Positions 36,111-45,275 of a stretch of DNA of 45,275 nt are shown here, piece by piece. Source of the stretch: a virus (taxonomy: Duplodnaviria > Caudoviricetes); the IMG/VR virus record IMGVR_UViG_3300014656_006074, positions 1 through 45,275 of that record, one strand, 5' to 3'. Every line of letters starts with the position of its first letter. Position 1 is the stretch's first letter. The notes beneath the pieces were generated by a model that ran no database searches, was not told where the DNA came from, and saw nothing but the letters and a program-made list of their open reading frames with translations. A program made the position numbers and the translations under genes.

Positions 36111-36346
36111 CATTTCCGGAGATCCCTGATTTTTTACTCGCCACTTTACTTATTGTTCATTTCTGGAATAAGACCGAAAAAGAAGTAAATGACATGCCGA
36201 TTAGTGAATTCAAAGAAAAATTAGATAGAACATTGAGCCTGGGTGTTTTTGTTGGTGGAGGAGAACTTGACCTGGTGGGACAGGAAGGGCGTGAAAGTAA
36301 ATATGATGCTGAATACAATTATTTAAAATCTATCGGAGCACTTTAA
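36081..36346 (+). CDS. -1 frameshift extension of the chaperone (gpGT-like)
   Basis: A9 at 36081-36089; the -1 frame is open for 85 codons (SDEEETVAFPEIPDF...EVNDMPISEF...SIGAL) to TAA 36346 with no start of its own at the 5' end. Confidence 0.78.
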
Positions 36347-36347
36347 G

Positions 36348-38669
36348 TTGGCAGCTGATGAAAATTTAGGTGAGATATTTGTTCAGATAAAGGCTGATTA
36401 CGATCAACTTGAAAAAGAGTTTAAACAGCTCAAGAGCAAAGTAGACCGGGATGCTGAACAGATGGGAAATTCATTTTCTAAGATTCTGAAGAAAGCAATT
36501 ATTGCCGGTGGTGCGATAGTTGTTTTCCGAAAGGCATTGGATATCAGCCGTGAAGCTAAAAACTTGGCCCGGGATGCTGAGGAGATCAGCAGTAAGTTCG
36601 ATACTGTTTTTAGTGGGATAAAATCTAAAGCCAATAGTATGGCTGATAATTTTGCGAAGAATTTCGGACTGGCCGGAAGCACAGCCAGAGAATTGCTAAG
36701 TGATACCGGGGATTTATTAGTTGGATTCGAGTTTGCCGAAGAAGAAGCCTTATCACTATCAGAACAAGTAAACTCATTAGCTCAGGATCTCGTTTCGTTT
36801 AAGAATTATTCGGGAGGTGCAAAAGGAGCTAGCCAGGCACTAACAAAAGCTCTTTTTGGTGAAACTGAGGCCGCCAAAGGTCTTGGTATTGTAATCCAGC
36901 AGGATACAAAAGAATTCAAACTTGCAGTTCAACAAATGATGAATTCTCGTGGCATTTCCGAAAAACAGGCAAAAGCTTTAGTAATTCTGAGTGATGCGTA
37001 TAAACAATCCCGTAAGGCCGTTGGAGATTACAATCGTACAAAAGACAGCACCGCCAATGTTGAACGAAGAGCTAATGAGTTATTAAAAACTCAATACGAA
37101 ACACTTGGTAAACAGATTCTACCGGTTTACACAATATTCCTTCAATTAATTGCTGAAATGTCTACTAATATGGGCGATGCGTCCGGGGCAACAAATGCAT
37201 TCGGCACAGCACTAAAAAGTGTGGCCACACCAATAATTATTATAGCTACAATGCTTAAACAGATCGCGAATATTGCCGGTACGTTGGGTGCAACGTTGGC
37301 TCACTTGGGATTAGCCCCATTCGGATTGAGTAATGATGTCAAGGTTTTGGGCTCATTAAAAAGCGGCTGGGAAATCATGTTAAAGGACAGTGAGAATATG
37401 AACAATGCCCTTTATAATATGTGGTCAACTACCTCAAACAAAATTCAAAATTTAAAAATGACTCCTGAAGATGTGAAGGGAATGATATTAAGTCCGCACC
37501 GATATTCTGAGGAAGATAAATCAACTCCGGATTGGAGTCCTAACAGTAAAAAACTTAAAGAGGTTGAAGATAGAGTTGATGTATTGAAGGAAAAACTCAA
37601 AGGGCTGGAAATTGGAAGTCCTGATTTCAAAAACACGATTGCTGATATAAATAAACTTGAAAAATTAATTGATGATGAAAAAAGCGGTTATACAAAAGTA
37701 TTGAAGCAGAAATTAGACCAGCTCAACAAATTTTATCAGGTAGTAACATTTAATGATTCTTCATACTTCGATTGGCGAATAAAAGAATATCAAAAAGAAG
37801 CTGAAGAGTATAAAAAAATACTGGGTAAAGAATTTAATGAAGCCGCATTTATTAATGAGAAAAAAAAGCAATTGTTTAACGATTATGTCGATCATTTAAA
37901 ATCAACTTTAAGTCAGGCGACCAATGGAAATGATGTTTTTACGTTTAATTCAAAAGGTGAAATAGAAACACCAATCAGTTCAATTGGAGTAACTACAACT
38001 CGCGAGCAAAAAGAAACTAAACCGATTCTAAATCCGGAGCCATTCCAAGAAAGTTCTGAAGAAATAGTTGAGACCTGGGCGAACAGCAATGAAATTATGA
38101 CAGAGACTTTTTATTCAACTGTCGATGGTATCGCTAATAGTTTTCACGAATTGGTACAAGTAAGAATTGCGCGAGACGCTTCAGCATTTGAAAAAATATG
38201 GGCAAATGCAATTAATGCTGTTTTAATGCAAATGCAGCAGCTTATTGCAAAATGGGCAGTATTAAATGTTCTTTCTTATGCTCTTGGTGGTGGTGGAATC
38301 TCTATGTCTAAAATTATTGGAGGAGCTTCCGGAGGTAGTTTTATTGGCACCGGATCAGGGGTTAAAAAAATGGCAGGAGGCGGTTCGTTTGTGGTTCCTC
38401 CGGGACATCCGAACGATACTTACCCAATGTTACTTCGATCTGGTGAGAAAGCCCGGATTACACCCTCTCATAAGGTCGGGCAGGAAGAAAAAATTTTATC
38501 CAATTTATACAAATCGATTGAGAGCATTAAGTATAATATAGCCGAACAGCCTCCAGTTGTGGTGAAAGTATTTAACAAATTAGATAGAGAGGGTTTCACG
38601 CAATATCAGTTAATGGGAGCAGAGAATAATTTAACGCTAGCTGGAGTTAATCCTGATGAACAAATATAG
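36348..38669 (+). CDS. Tape measure protein
   Basis: LGEIFVQIKAD N-terminus, Ala-rich helical body, C-terminal AGGG...DT..MLL..GE. Confidence 0.9.
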   Translation: MAADENLGEIFVQIKADYDQLEKEFKQLKSKVDRDAEQMGNSFSKILKKAIIAGGAIVVFRKALDISREAKNLARDAEEISSKFDTVFSGIKSKANSMADNFAKNFGLAGSTARELLSDTGDLLVGFEFAEEEALSLSEQVNSLAQDLVSFKNYSGGAKGASQALTKALFGETEAAKGLGIVIQQDTKEFKLAVQQMMNSRGISEKQAKALVILSDAYKQSRKAVGDYNRTKDSTANVERRANELLKTQYETLGKQILPVYTIFLQLIAEMSTNMGDASGATNAFGTALKSVATPIIIIATMLKQIANIAGTLGATLAHLGLAPFGLSNDVKVLGSLKSGWEIMLKDSENMNNALYNMWSTTSNKIQNLKMTPEDVKGMILSPHRYSEEDKSTPDWSPNSKKLKEVEDRVDVLKEKLKGLEIGSPDFKNTIADINKLEKLIDDEKSGYTKVLKQKLDQLNKFYQVVTFNDSSYFDWRIKEYQKEAEEYKKILGKEFNEAAFINEKKKQLFNDYVDHLKSTLSQATNGNDVFTFNSKGEIETPISSIGVTTTREQKETKPILNPEPFQESSEEIVETWANSNEIMTETFYSTVDGIANSFHELVQVRIARDASAFEKIWANAINAVLMQMQQLIAKWAVLNVLSYALGGGGISMSKIIGGASGGSFIGTGSGVKKMAGGGSFVVPPGHPNDTYPMLLRSGEKARITPSHKVGQEEKILSNLYKSIESIKYNIAEQPPVVVKVFNKLDREGFTQYQLMGAENNLTLAGVNPDEQI

Positions 38670-40170
38670 GGTAGAAATATCTTATAAGCTGGATATCGTT
38701 GCAGCATCCTATGTTGGTGATACTGTCACGATAACCACTAGCACCAAGCACGGCTATAGTGTAGGTGACAAGGTTGAAATATACGGCGTGGGTGGTTTAT
38801 CCGTTATTAACAATCTCTATTCTGCATATGCCATCACCGGCATACCAAATGAGTATTCTTATACCATACACTATGACGAGCCGAATGGCGTGTATACAAG
38901 TGGTGGTTATTCAACTGTATGGTGGGATGTTTCCGATTTCGTTATCGCATCCGGGCCGGTCGATTTTATAAAAAGGAATTTAAATTACGAGCTGGTGGCG
39001 CCTAGTGTGGAAGTTACGGTTTCAGCCGCATATAATCAGACAAGTTTAGATGAGTGGGGCAGCCTGATAGAATTAAATAGCAGGTTAAACTCTGCAACAC
39101 ATTTGAGATTTCTCGAAAATGACTCTGTGTTCTTTTTAGGGGTTATCAAAAATAAAGTACCTGATGAAGACGCGTTGACTTTCAAGTACAACGTATTTGA
39201 TAACTTTATTATCATGAAAGATTTCTATGTCGATTATGAAACCCTGATGTCGACACTACAGACAGGTTCATCTTTTCAGTACACAAGCTCAGATAACGAA
39301 GGTTATCCAAATGCCCGGGTAACGTGGGTTATTGAGTGTATGCTGAAGGTGGCGGGTTTTCCATCCGTTGCTTTTGTGAATTTTGGTACACAAGATATAG
39401 TAAAGGAAACATTTGATAATGTCTCCTGGACGGAACGCTCTTACAGCAGATCAAACGTGCTGATCGATGTCAACATGTTATTTGCTATAAACCAAGAGTA
39501 CGCAATGAATCATACCCGTATCTCGGCTAATAACATTAGTGGATATAATTCAGAAGGAATGAAAATATCGTTTTGGGATTTTATAAATGCATTTTGTTCT
39601 GATTTTAGAGTTACTAAGAGATACGCTAAAAATCAATATGGAATTAATAGCTACATCTTCACATACGAAGCTCTGGAAGGTGCCAACAGCGTCACTGATC
39701 CAGACCTCGTTTTTTATAAAAAAACGGTAAGCGTTGAAAAAAGAAAACCGAACGTAAACATTGAAATCAAAGCTGGTATAGCTGGAACCGGCGCGGCTAG
39801 TCGACTACTGTACTCTACAACACCCGCAGACGCTCTATCCTCGTTATACAGAGATTATAAGAAGGGGTCTGAGGATATCCAGCACTACAACAACCTAGTG
39901 TGGTTAGTTGAGAATACAACAGGTTCATCTCTTGACGTATATAGTTATCCGTTTACGGGTGGGTCACTCCCGGCAACTACAACAGCCAGAACAAACTTCT
40001 TTAATATCAATGATGGAGTGGGTTCTGCAAAGAAGGACGCTTTAGTTAAGGACTATATTAAAACCGATCTAAAAACACTCAGCTCGGTCGGCTACAGTAA
40101 CACAATGAATAAAAGTATTGGAGACGTTGAGACTCTCTTGATGTCTATCACAGAAATCGAATTTAAGTAA
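38656..40170 (+). CDS. Minor tail/tail-tip protein
   Basis: Follows the tape measure; beta-rich; N-terminal VTITTSTKHGYSVGDKVEI module. Confidence 0.65.
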   Translation: MNKYRVEISYKLDIVAASYVGDTVTITTSTKHGYSVGDKVEIYGVGGLSVINNLYSAYAITGIPNEYSYTIHYDEPNGVYTSGGYSTVWWDVSDFVIASGPVDFIKRNLNYELVAPSVEVTVSAAYNQTSLDEWGSLIELNSRLNSATHLRFLENDSVFFLGVIKNKVPDEDALTFKYNVFDNFIIMKDFYVDYETLMSTLQTGSSFQYTSSDNEGYPNARVTWVIECMLKVAGFPSVAFVNFGTQDIVKETFDNVSWTERSYSRSNVLIDVNMLFAINQEYAMNHTRISANNISGYNSEGMKISFWDFINAFCSDFRVTKRYAKNQYGINSYIFTYEALEGANSVTDPDLVFYKKTVSVEKRKPNVNIEIKAGIAGTGAASRLLYSTTPADALSSLYRDYKKGSEDIQHYNNLVWLVENTTGSSLDVYSYPFTGGSLPATTTARTNFFNINDGVGSAKKDALVKDYIKTDLKTLSSVGYSNTMNKSIGDVETLLMSITEIEFK

Positions 40171-40181
40171 GGAATTCAACT

Positions 40182-40859
40182 ATGGGAGTATTCGGTAGCA
40201 GCTTTCCAGCTTTATGGGATCCGACTAAAGAGCAAGCAGCTGAGGTTGAGGAAGTTGTTACATCCGTGGTAAATGTATCTTCGCAGCTACACTTTAAGAA
40301 CGCACATGATTTTGAAGTAGGCATGATGCTTTATATCGACCTAATTTTGGACAATGGGGTAGTCGTGAGTCCATATAAGGGTTGGGCATATATAATTAGT
40401 AAAACCGAACTGACAGTTACCCTGGATAGATACATAAATGGAGATGGGTACCCACTTAAAAACGAATTTGTATATGGATACATAGGAATCGAACGGGCAC
40501 TGTATGAAGAAACCGACTTTGCTGAGCCAGATAGCGTAGAGCATAAATCTGTTCTAACTGGCAAGATTACCACCATTACAAAGGGCTACTACTCAGCGTT
40601 TATTGTAAGAGGTAACTTATTGAACATGAGTAGCGTGAACAGAACTAACTTAACCAGACTGTTAAATAAGTATAATGGCAAAAACTTAACCTTCTATCCC
40701 CATTCAAGGGAAAGCGGCTCGTTAAGAGACGCTAATAATAACGAAGTAGTTTTTAATATCAACACCGTGTTTAAGTATATCAGCTCAATTGATTTTCGAG
40801 ACTATTGCATCATAAGGCTTAAGTCACAGGCGTACACAGATCTTTCAAAAAGTTTATGA
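40182..40859 (+). CDS. Minor tail protein
   Basis: Tail-region position; AHDFEVGMMLYI module. Confidence 0.55.
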   Translation: MGVFGSSFPALWDPTKEQAAEVEEVVTSVVNVSSQLHFKNAHDFEVGMMLYIDLILDNGVVVSPYKGWAYIISKTELTVTLDRYINGDGYPLKNEFVYGYIGIERALYEETDFAEPDSVEHKSVLTGKITTITKGYYSAFIVRGNLLNMSSVNRTNLTRLLNKYNGKNLTFYPHSRESGSLRDANNNEVVFNINTVFKYISSIDFRDYCIIRLKSQAYTDLSKSL

Positions 40860-40867
40860 GGTAACTA

Positions 40868-41380
40868 ATGGCTCAAGTATTATTAAATCTTAGCATACAT
40901 CGGGGGGATACAGAAACATTCAGGGTCAAGATTCCCGACGATCACACCAATAGAAAAGTCTATTTCACTGCGAAAAAAACTCGTAGCTTGACAGACGCCA
41001 GACAGATTGATTTATCGAATCAGGAAGTAAATCAATTAGAGCTATCATACGATGCCCAGGCTAACGAGACTGAGGTTGTAATTCCGCTGCTACCCGAGCA
41101 CACTAGTGACCTTACTGTGACTACTTTAGAGATCGACATCCAGTCTGTTAATTCTCTGTCCTCAGATATAGTCACACCTGCAAGTGGTCAGCTGCATGTT
41201 AACTTCGATGTTCGTACTGAGTTTGATAACTATGATCTTCCAACTGAACCTGTGACGTTTCAACAAGTGGATGCCTCAGATTTTAAAGTCGACTCTTTGA
41301 TCTGGGTACAGGAAGTTAATGGAATTAGGACTATGAAAGAAATAACAATAGCGGAATTAAAAACGGAGCTAGGAATATAA
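40868..41380 (+). CDS. Tail-tip accessory protein (BppU N-terminal-like)
   Basis: IHRGDT..F.V...YFTAKK...L.PE.T..L......DIQ...G.L.V..DV pattern. Confidence 0.6.
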   Translation: MAQVLLNLSIHRGDTETFRVKIPDDHTNRKVYFTAKKTRSLTDARQIDLSNQEVNQLELSYDAQANETEVVIPLLPEHTSDLTVTTLEIDIQSVNSLSSDIVTPASGQLHVNFDVRTEFDNYDLPTEPVTFQQVDASDFKVDSLIWVQEVNGIRTMKEITIAELKTELGI

Positions 41381-41529
41381 TGACAACTAATCATAGTGCA
41401 CCTAGGTATAAAGCATTTTTTGAAGAACTTGGCCCAATTAAAAGTTTTATAATAGTAAAAGAAGTTGACGGTTTAAAATATTTCAAATGGCTTTCAATAG
41501 ATGATTTAAAAATACTATTAGGAGTATAA
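41380..41529 (+). CDS. Small protein (49 aa) resembling the C-terminus of the preceding gene
   Basis: SFIIVKEVDGLKYFKWLSIDDLKILLGV versus SLIWVQEVNGIRTMKEITIAELKTELGI; TAATG overlap. Confidence 0.65.
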   Translation: MTTNHSAPRYKAFFEELGPIKSFIIVKEVDGLKYFKWLSIDDLKILLGV

Positions 41530-41533
41530 AATT

Positions 41534-41944
41534 ATGAATGGTTTAAGTAATTATACAGCAAACAAAGTAAACGACCACGTATTTGGCAATGTACCTTATA
41601 CACCACCTGCAACTATTTATGCTGCTATGTCTATAGGTTCTACAATAAAAGCGGATGATGGCACGACTTTCCCAGAAGCTAATTATGTAAATTATGTTAG
41701 AATACCCTTAACAAATAATTTAACAAATTTTCCTGCATCTGTAAGTGGTTCTAAAGTACTGGGTGTTGATATAACATTTCCGGTTTCTGGCGGTACTACT
41801 AATATTATATCTGAACTTGTATTTTTAGATGCTGCAACAGGCGGGAATATAGTAGGCGTAGGTACTTTAACAGTCCAGCAAACTGTAGCAGTAGGCAACC
41901 AACCTGTATTCGAAGCGGATGAAATAGAAATAACGGTGGTATAA
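41534..41944 (+). CDS. Tail fibre-associated structural protein
   Basis: LSNY..NK..DHVF...Y.R...ITFP...DAATGGN pattern common in tail modules. Confidence 0.7.
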   Translation: MNGLSNYTANKVNDHVFGNVPYTPPATIYAAMSIGSTIKADDGTTFPEANYVNYVRIPLTNNLTNFPASVSGSKVLGVDITFPVSGGTTNIISELVFLDAATGGNIVGVGTLTVQQTVAVGNQPVFEADEIEITVV

Positions 41945-41945
41945 G

Positions 41946-42248
41946 ATGGCTCTACGAGTTTGGAAAGATCACTTAGGAAATAAAATACAAGATCATACCG
42001 GTACGGATACTGTGTTTAAGAAAACTGCTGCTCAATTAAACATTTCTTTCACAATTAACCCAACTGTTAAGGTGACTAAACCAATGGGCTCGGTTACATT
42101 AAATAGTGGATTTATATTTACACCAACACTAAAAACTTTGATTTTTATGAAAGCCAGATTAATAAGTCAATGGATTTTTAATACCTCCGCAAAAAGTAAG
42201 ATAAATAAATGGAGTTCAATTATGTTTAAATTTATAGGGGATAGATAG
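41946..42248 (+). CDS. Hypothetical tail-region protein
   Basis: Tightly packed ORF with 1-nt gaps on both sides. Confidence 0.6.
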   Translation: MALRVWKDHLGNKIQDHTGTDTVFKKTAAQLNISFTINPTVKVTKPMGSVTLNSGFIFTPTLKTLIFMKARLISQWIFNTSAKSKINKWSSIMFKFIGDR

Positions 42249-42249
42249 A

Positions 42250-43881
42250 ATGCCAAATAGAATCAAAGATCTTAACCCGGGTGGTGCCTTATTGGCTACT
42301 GATTTATTCGGCATAGACAGAATGACTCCTGATGAGTCTTTCAAAGTAAGTATGGATTCTTTATCTGAATATTGCTTGTCTGGAGTAAGTAGTACTCCTT
42401 ATGCTAAAGATACTAGTAGACTGCTGGCACACTTACTAGCTGTGGCAGATATAGACAATAAAGCAATTCAAAACTCTGGCAAGTTTTATGACTTGTTTGA
42501 CAGCACTAATGGCTATTCTCAAGGTATACTGGATAGCACAAAAACAGAACTAGCAATAATTGCTAATAGTGGAGAAAGCTTTCTTAAAGTAGATAGCTTA
42601 ACTACCTTTGAAGTAGGGCAAGAAATCACTGTACAAAGTTCTATAAGCAAAGAAAGACATATAATAACTAGCCTTGATATAGACTCTTTACCACCCAAAT
42701 TCCCCACAACAGATGACAGCAAATCTCTTACTACAACTGCTCAAGAAAACGCTCCTCAAGGTGTTGCATTTAGCTCTGATGGGTCAAAACTATACATTGG
42801 GGGCCTGACATATAATGCTGGAGTTTTCCAGTACACACTATCAACCCCATGGGATGTGAGTACAGCATCTTATGCAAGTAAAAATTTTCAGACCTCTGGT
42901 CAAACTCCGTACGTAAGAAAACTAAGATTTAGTTCTTCTGGGGACAAAATGTTTATACTAGATAACGTAGGAACTGTGTACCAATACACTTTATCAACGC
43001 CATGGGATATTTCTACTTCTGTTTACAACTCTATATCTTTTTCCCCTAATGCACAAGAAAACGGCGCTAGAGGACTGGACTTTAAGCCTGATGGTAGCAA
43101 AATGTACATAGTTGGAACTACTTATAATACAATTTTTCAATATAATTTATCTACTCCATGGAATGTAGGTACAGCTTCTTATTCAGGCACGAGTTTTAAT
43201 CTTGCAGGAGTTTTAACAAGTATATATAGTCTATCTTTTAGTGACACTGGCTATCTTGCATATATAGGCAATCTTGGTGCGTATGTTTATGAACTTAGTT
43301 TATCAACGCCATGGGATATTTCTACCATAACTACTAGTTCAAATAAAGCCATAAATACTGTTGGAGATATAACAGTACACTTAAGTAAAATATACTTTTT
43401 AATTAACAATGGCTACGTTAGGCAGCATTCATTAACTGAGAGTTTTGTAAATGTTATTAGTTTGCTGAATCCCTTGGCTAGCACTTTTTCAATAAATACT
43501 CCGGTGTATAGAAGCTTAGGCACTATAAATGTGTCTGACCAGTATTCTATGGATGATTCTTACGATTATACTAATATAGATATAAGGTATAATATAGATT
43601 CTATTACCAGCATAAATGAGTTAGTTGCATGGATAACTTATTCTAAAATAACAGGGGCCTCTATTTCATGCTCATTAAGTATGGTAGATTCTTCTTCAAA
43701 TGAGACATATATAGATTTAGAAGTAGACCAGCTTTTAGAGATAAGCACAAACATAATGGAGGCTAGATTTTCCCATGCTCAAGAAGTTGAGGCTGATAAA
43801 ACTACTTTGAGAATTACAATGACAAGAGCATTAAATAGTGACAGCTTAACTATAAATAAACTACTTGGAGCAATAGGCTGA
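42250..43881 (+). CDS. Tail fibre/receptor-binding protein with beta-propeller-like repeats
   Basis: RIKDL...D.F.ID N-terminal anchor; four LSTPW(D/N)(V/I) repeats about 50 aa apart with F(S/K)xDGSK blade motifs. Confidence 0.72.
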   Translation: MPNRIKDLNPGGALLATDLFGIDRMTPDESFKVSMDSLSEYCLSGVSSTPYAKDTSRLLAHLLAVADIDNKAIQNSGKFYDLFDSTNGYSQGILDSTKTELAIIANSGESFLKVDSLTTFEVGQEITVQSSISKERHIITSLDIDSLPPKFPTTDDSKSLTTTAQENAPQGVAFSSDGSKLYIGGLTYNAGVFQYTLSTPWDVSTASYASKNFQTSGQTPYVRKLRFSSSGDKMFILDNVGTVYQYTLSTPWDISTSVYNSISFSPNAQENGARGLDFKPDGSKMYIVGTTYNTIFQYNLSTPWNVGTASYSGTSFNLAGVLTSIYSLSFSDTGYLAYIGNLGAYVYELSLSTPWDISTITTSSNKAINTVGDITVHLSKIYFLINNGYVRQHSLTESFVNVISLLNPLASTFSINTPVYRSLGTINVSDQYSMDDSYDYTNIDIRYNIDSITSINELVAWITYSKITGASISCSLSMVDSSSNETYIDLEVDQLLEISTNIMEARFSHAQEVEADKTTLRITMTRALNSDSLTINKLLGAIG

Positions 43882-44096
43882 TGAAAATAAGAGATAACAA
43901 TACCGGCATGTTTGAAGCTATAGAAAATCTTAAAAATAAAAAAGGAAAAAGCAGTAGAAAGCAAGCAAAGTGGATTAAAAAGTTTTATAGAGACAATGGC
44001 TCAATTGAAGATCAGATAATAGAGCAAGCTGAAAGCCCAACAACATATAAAAATAAAATTAAACAATGGGTCAAAGATAACCCCAAAACTATATAA
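43881..44096 (+). CDS. Small basic hypothetical protein
   Basis: TGATG overlap with the fibre gene; RBS GGAG. Confidence 0.55.
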   Translation: MKIRDNNTGMFEAIENLKNKKGKSSRKQAKWIKKFYRDNGSIEDQIIEQAESPTTYKNKIKQWVKDNPKTI

Positions 44097-44191
44097 CACT
44101 ATTATAACACATTCTTGAATTATTAGTCTAAATAATAGTGTTTTTGGGGTGGAAATACTGCGATTTTGGTCTATAAATCATGTTTGTGCTT

Positions 44192-44235
44192 CCTGTCACG
44201 CAGGAGGTCGCGAGTTCGAGTCTCGTCGGCCCCGC
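44192..44235 (+). repeat. att core: 3' half of tRNA-Asp(GTC), not an intact tRNA
   Basis: CCTGTCACGCAGGAGGTCGCGAGTTCGAGTCTCGTCGGCCCCGC gives anticodon loop, T-arm and acceptor 3' strand; 5' acceptor strand and D-arm are absent. Confidence 0.9.
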
Positions 44236-44242
44236 ACAAGAT

Positions 44243-44275
44243 AAAAGCCTGTAAGATAATCACTTACAGGCTTTT
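44243..44275. terminator. Bidirectional intrinsic terminator
   Basis: AAAAGCCTGTAAG-ATAATCA-CTTACAGGCTTTT perfect 13-bp stem. Confidence 0.85.
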
Positions 44276-44299
44276 GTGTTTTTAAATGGTTTTTTGTTC

Positions 44300-44320
44300 G
44301 CTACGATTTGGCTACGATTT
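44300..44320. repeat. Tandem 10-bp direct repeat, probable integrase arm-type sites
   Basis: GCTACGATTT-G-GCTACGATTT between the att core and the integrase stop. Confidence 0.6.
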
Positions 44321-44321
44321 C

Positions 44322-45275
44322 TTAAGACAGCATTTGAAGGTATAACTGAGTGGTCTTTAATTGGCTATGTCCTAGCTTTATCATTATCTCAAAAAGAGGG
44401 ATATTCTTCTTTGACAGTAGGCTTGCATATCTATGCCTCAGAGAGTGCCAACCCCAAACTTTCATTTTATTTTCCCGCAAGGTTTTGTCCAAAAATTTGG
44501 GGGTGTCATTCCATTCCGGGAATACTCTTCCCTTGCCGGTTAATCCTTTTATGCAATCCGGTATCTCGACCTTTCTAGGAACTCTGTCGCTATTCTTTGA
44601 TTTCCTGGTATAGAGGATTAAATAGCTTTCATTGATATCCTCAAAGGACAAGTTTAACGCTTCATTAATTCTACAGCCAGATGCTAAAACAAAATCAAAT
44701 AAAAGTTTTTGGCGTGGATTAAAATATTCTCTTACTTTATTTATCTCGCTATCCGGCGGAATATATTTCAACATTTTTTTTACTGAATAAGGTTTGATCT
44801 TCCTTGCGGGATTTCTGATTACCAAGTCATAGCTGTCTATAATATAGTTGAATAATGATTTGATATTCTTGAGGGCTGAGTTTACCTGATAATTATCAAC
44901 CTCATTTCTCTTCAGTTTTTCGGAATAGTCTAATAAGAAATCTTCAATCTCCTTTCTTGTGATTTCTCTAATTTCCTGATTCCCAATGAAGTCTGCAAAA
45001 CGATTAAGGTGATATTCACTATCTTGCTTATGCTTATCGCTGTATTTGACGGACAGATATTTTAACCGGTCGTCAATTACCGAACAGAGTAATAAAGGTT
45101 TGTCCTGCTTACCGAATCTTTTTTCCTCGTCTAGGTAATTATATTTTTCTCTTTCGGCTTGTTGCGCTTCCCTCTTGCTGTGGTAAATACATTTTGAATA
45201 ATAGGTCTTACTATTGAAATCAAACTTATAGTAGAACCTAATACCTTTTCTGAGTTTCCTATAATAAGTTGCCAT
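44322..45275 (-). CDS. int: Second tyrosine integrase, probably of an adjacent element
   Basis: SGCRINEAL, RKSK, HSLRHRYAS, LGHSQLKTTQLY give the full R-K-H-R-H-Y set. Confidence 0.92.
   Translation of the reverse strand: MATYYRKLRKGIRFYYKFDFNSKTYYSKCIYHSKREAQQAEREKYNYLDEEKRFGKQDKPLLLCSVIDDRLKYLSVKYSDKHKQDSEYHLNRFADFIGNQEIREITRKEIEDFLLDYSEKLKRNEVDNYQVNSALKNIKSLFNYIIDSYDLVIRNPARKIKPYSVKKMLKYIPPDSEINKVREYFNPRQKLLFDFVLASGCRINEALNLSFEDINESYLILYTRKSKNSDRVPRKVEIPDCIKGLTGKGRVFPEWNDTPKFLDKTLRENKMKVWGWHSLRHRYASLLSKKNIPLFEIMIKLGHSQLKTTQLYLQMLS

Larger units (their letters stand above)
1..44235. mobile_element. Temperate siphovirus-like prophage; left att lies outside the window, right end at a tRNA-Asp 3' fragment
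   Basis: Ordered modules: integrase, repressor, recombination/replication, terminase, portal, capsid, tail tube, chaperone, tape measure, fibre. No tail sheath gene. tRNA fragment at 44192-44235. Confidence 0.95.

Noticed and set aside
6115-43964. Many 60-110 aa antisense or alternate-frame ORFs in the track (e.g. 6115-6426, 15461-15787, 30188-30517, 35340-35648)
   Set aside because: They lie within well-supported genes, lack RBSs and motifs, and have shadow-frame composition.
42250-44096. Diversity-generating retroelement or invertible fibre cassette
   Set aside because: No reverse transcriptase, TR/VR pair or invertase seen; the repeats are in-frame protein repeats.
44160-44236. Intact tRNA-Asp gene
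   Set aside because: The 5' acceptor strand and D-arm are missing, and the 5' anticodon-stem strand (GCTTC) pairs poorly with GCAGG.
44322-45275. Right integrase as IntI
   Set aside because: The segment between RKSK and HSLRH is short, leaving no room for the IntI insertion, and it sits beside a tRNA att core with arm-type repeats.
1-45275. Host taxonomic assignment
   Set aside because: The window has no housekeeping genes; low GC and a tRNA fragment are not enough without a database search.

Overview
The window is almost entirely one temperate siphovirus-like prophage (~1-44235). It runs: tyrosine integrase (cut by the left edge), CI-like repressor, early genes, SbcD/SbcC, SF2 helicase, replication initiator with iterons, packaging, head, lysis, tail and fibre genes. 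It ends at a 3' fragment of tRNA-Asp(GTC), the att core, followed by a second integrase. The main finding is a ~9.4 kb island on the opposite strand (20507-29900) between the minor-head and scaffold genes. Its right part is an integron-type cassette array: an attI-like site, two cassettes with intact attC sites whose ends pair perfectly with their own starts, and a third cassette with a decayed attC. No intI gene is present in the window. The cargo looks defensive: DUF4145, a PD-(D/E)XK nuclease, a HEPN protein, DUF2971, a BcgI-like R-M pair and AbiGi. An identical 21-bp palindromic promoter element precedes both halves of the split late operon, suggesting a built-in cassette-capture site that borrows a host IntI. 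All family names come from motif recognition by eye; no database search was run.
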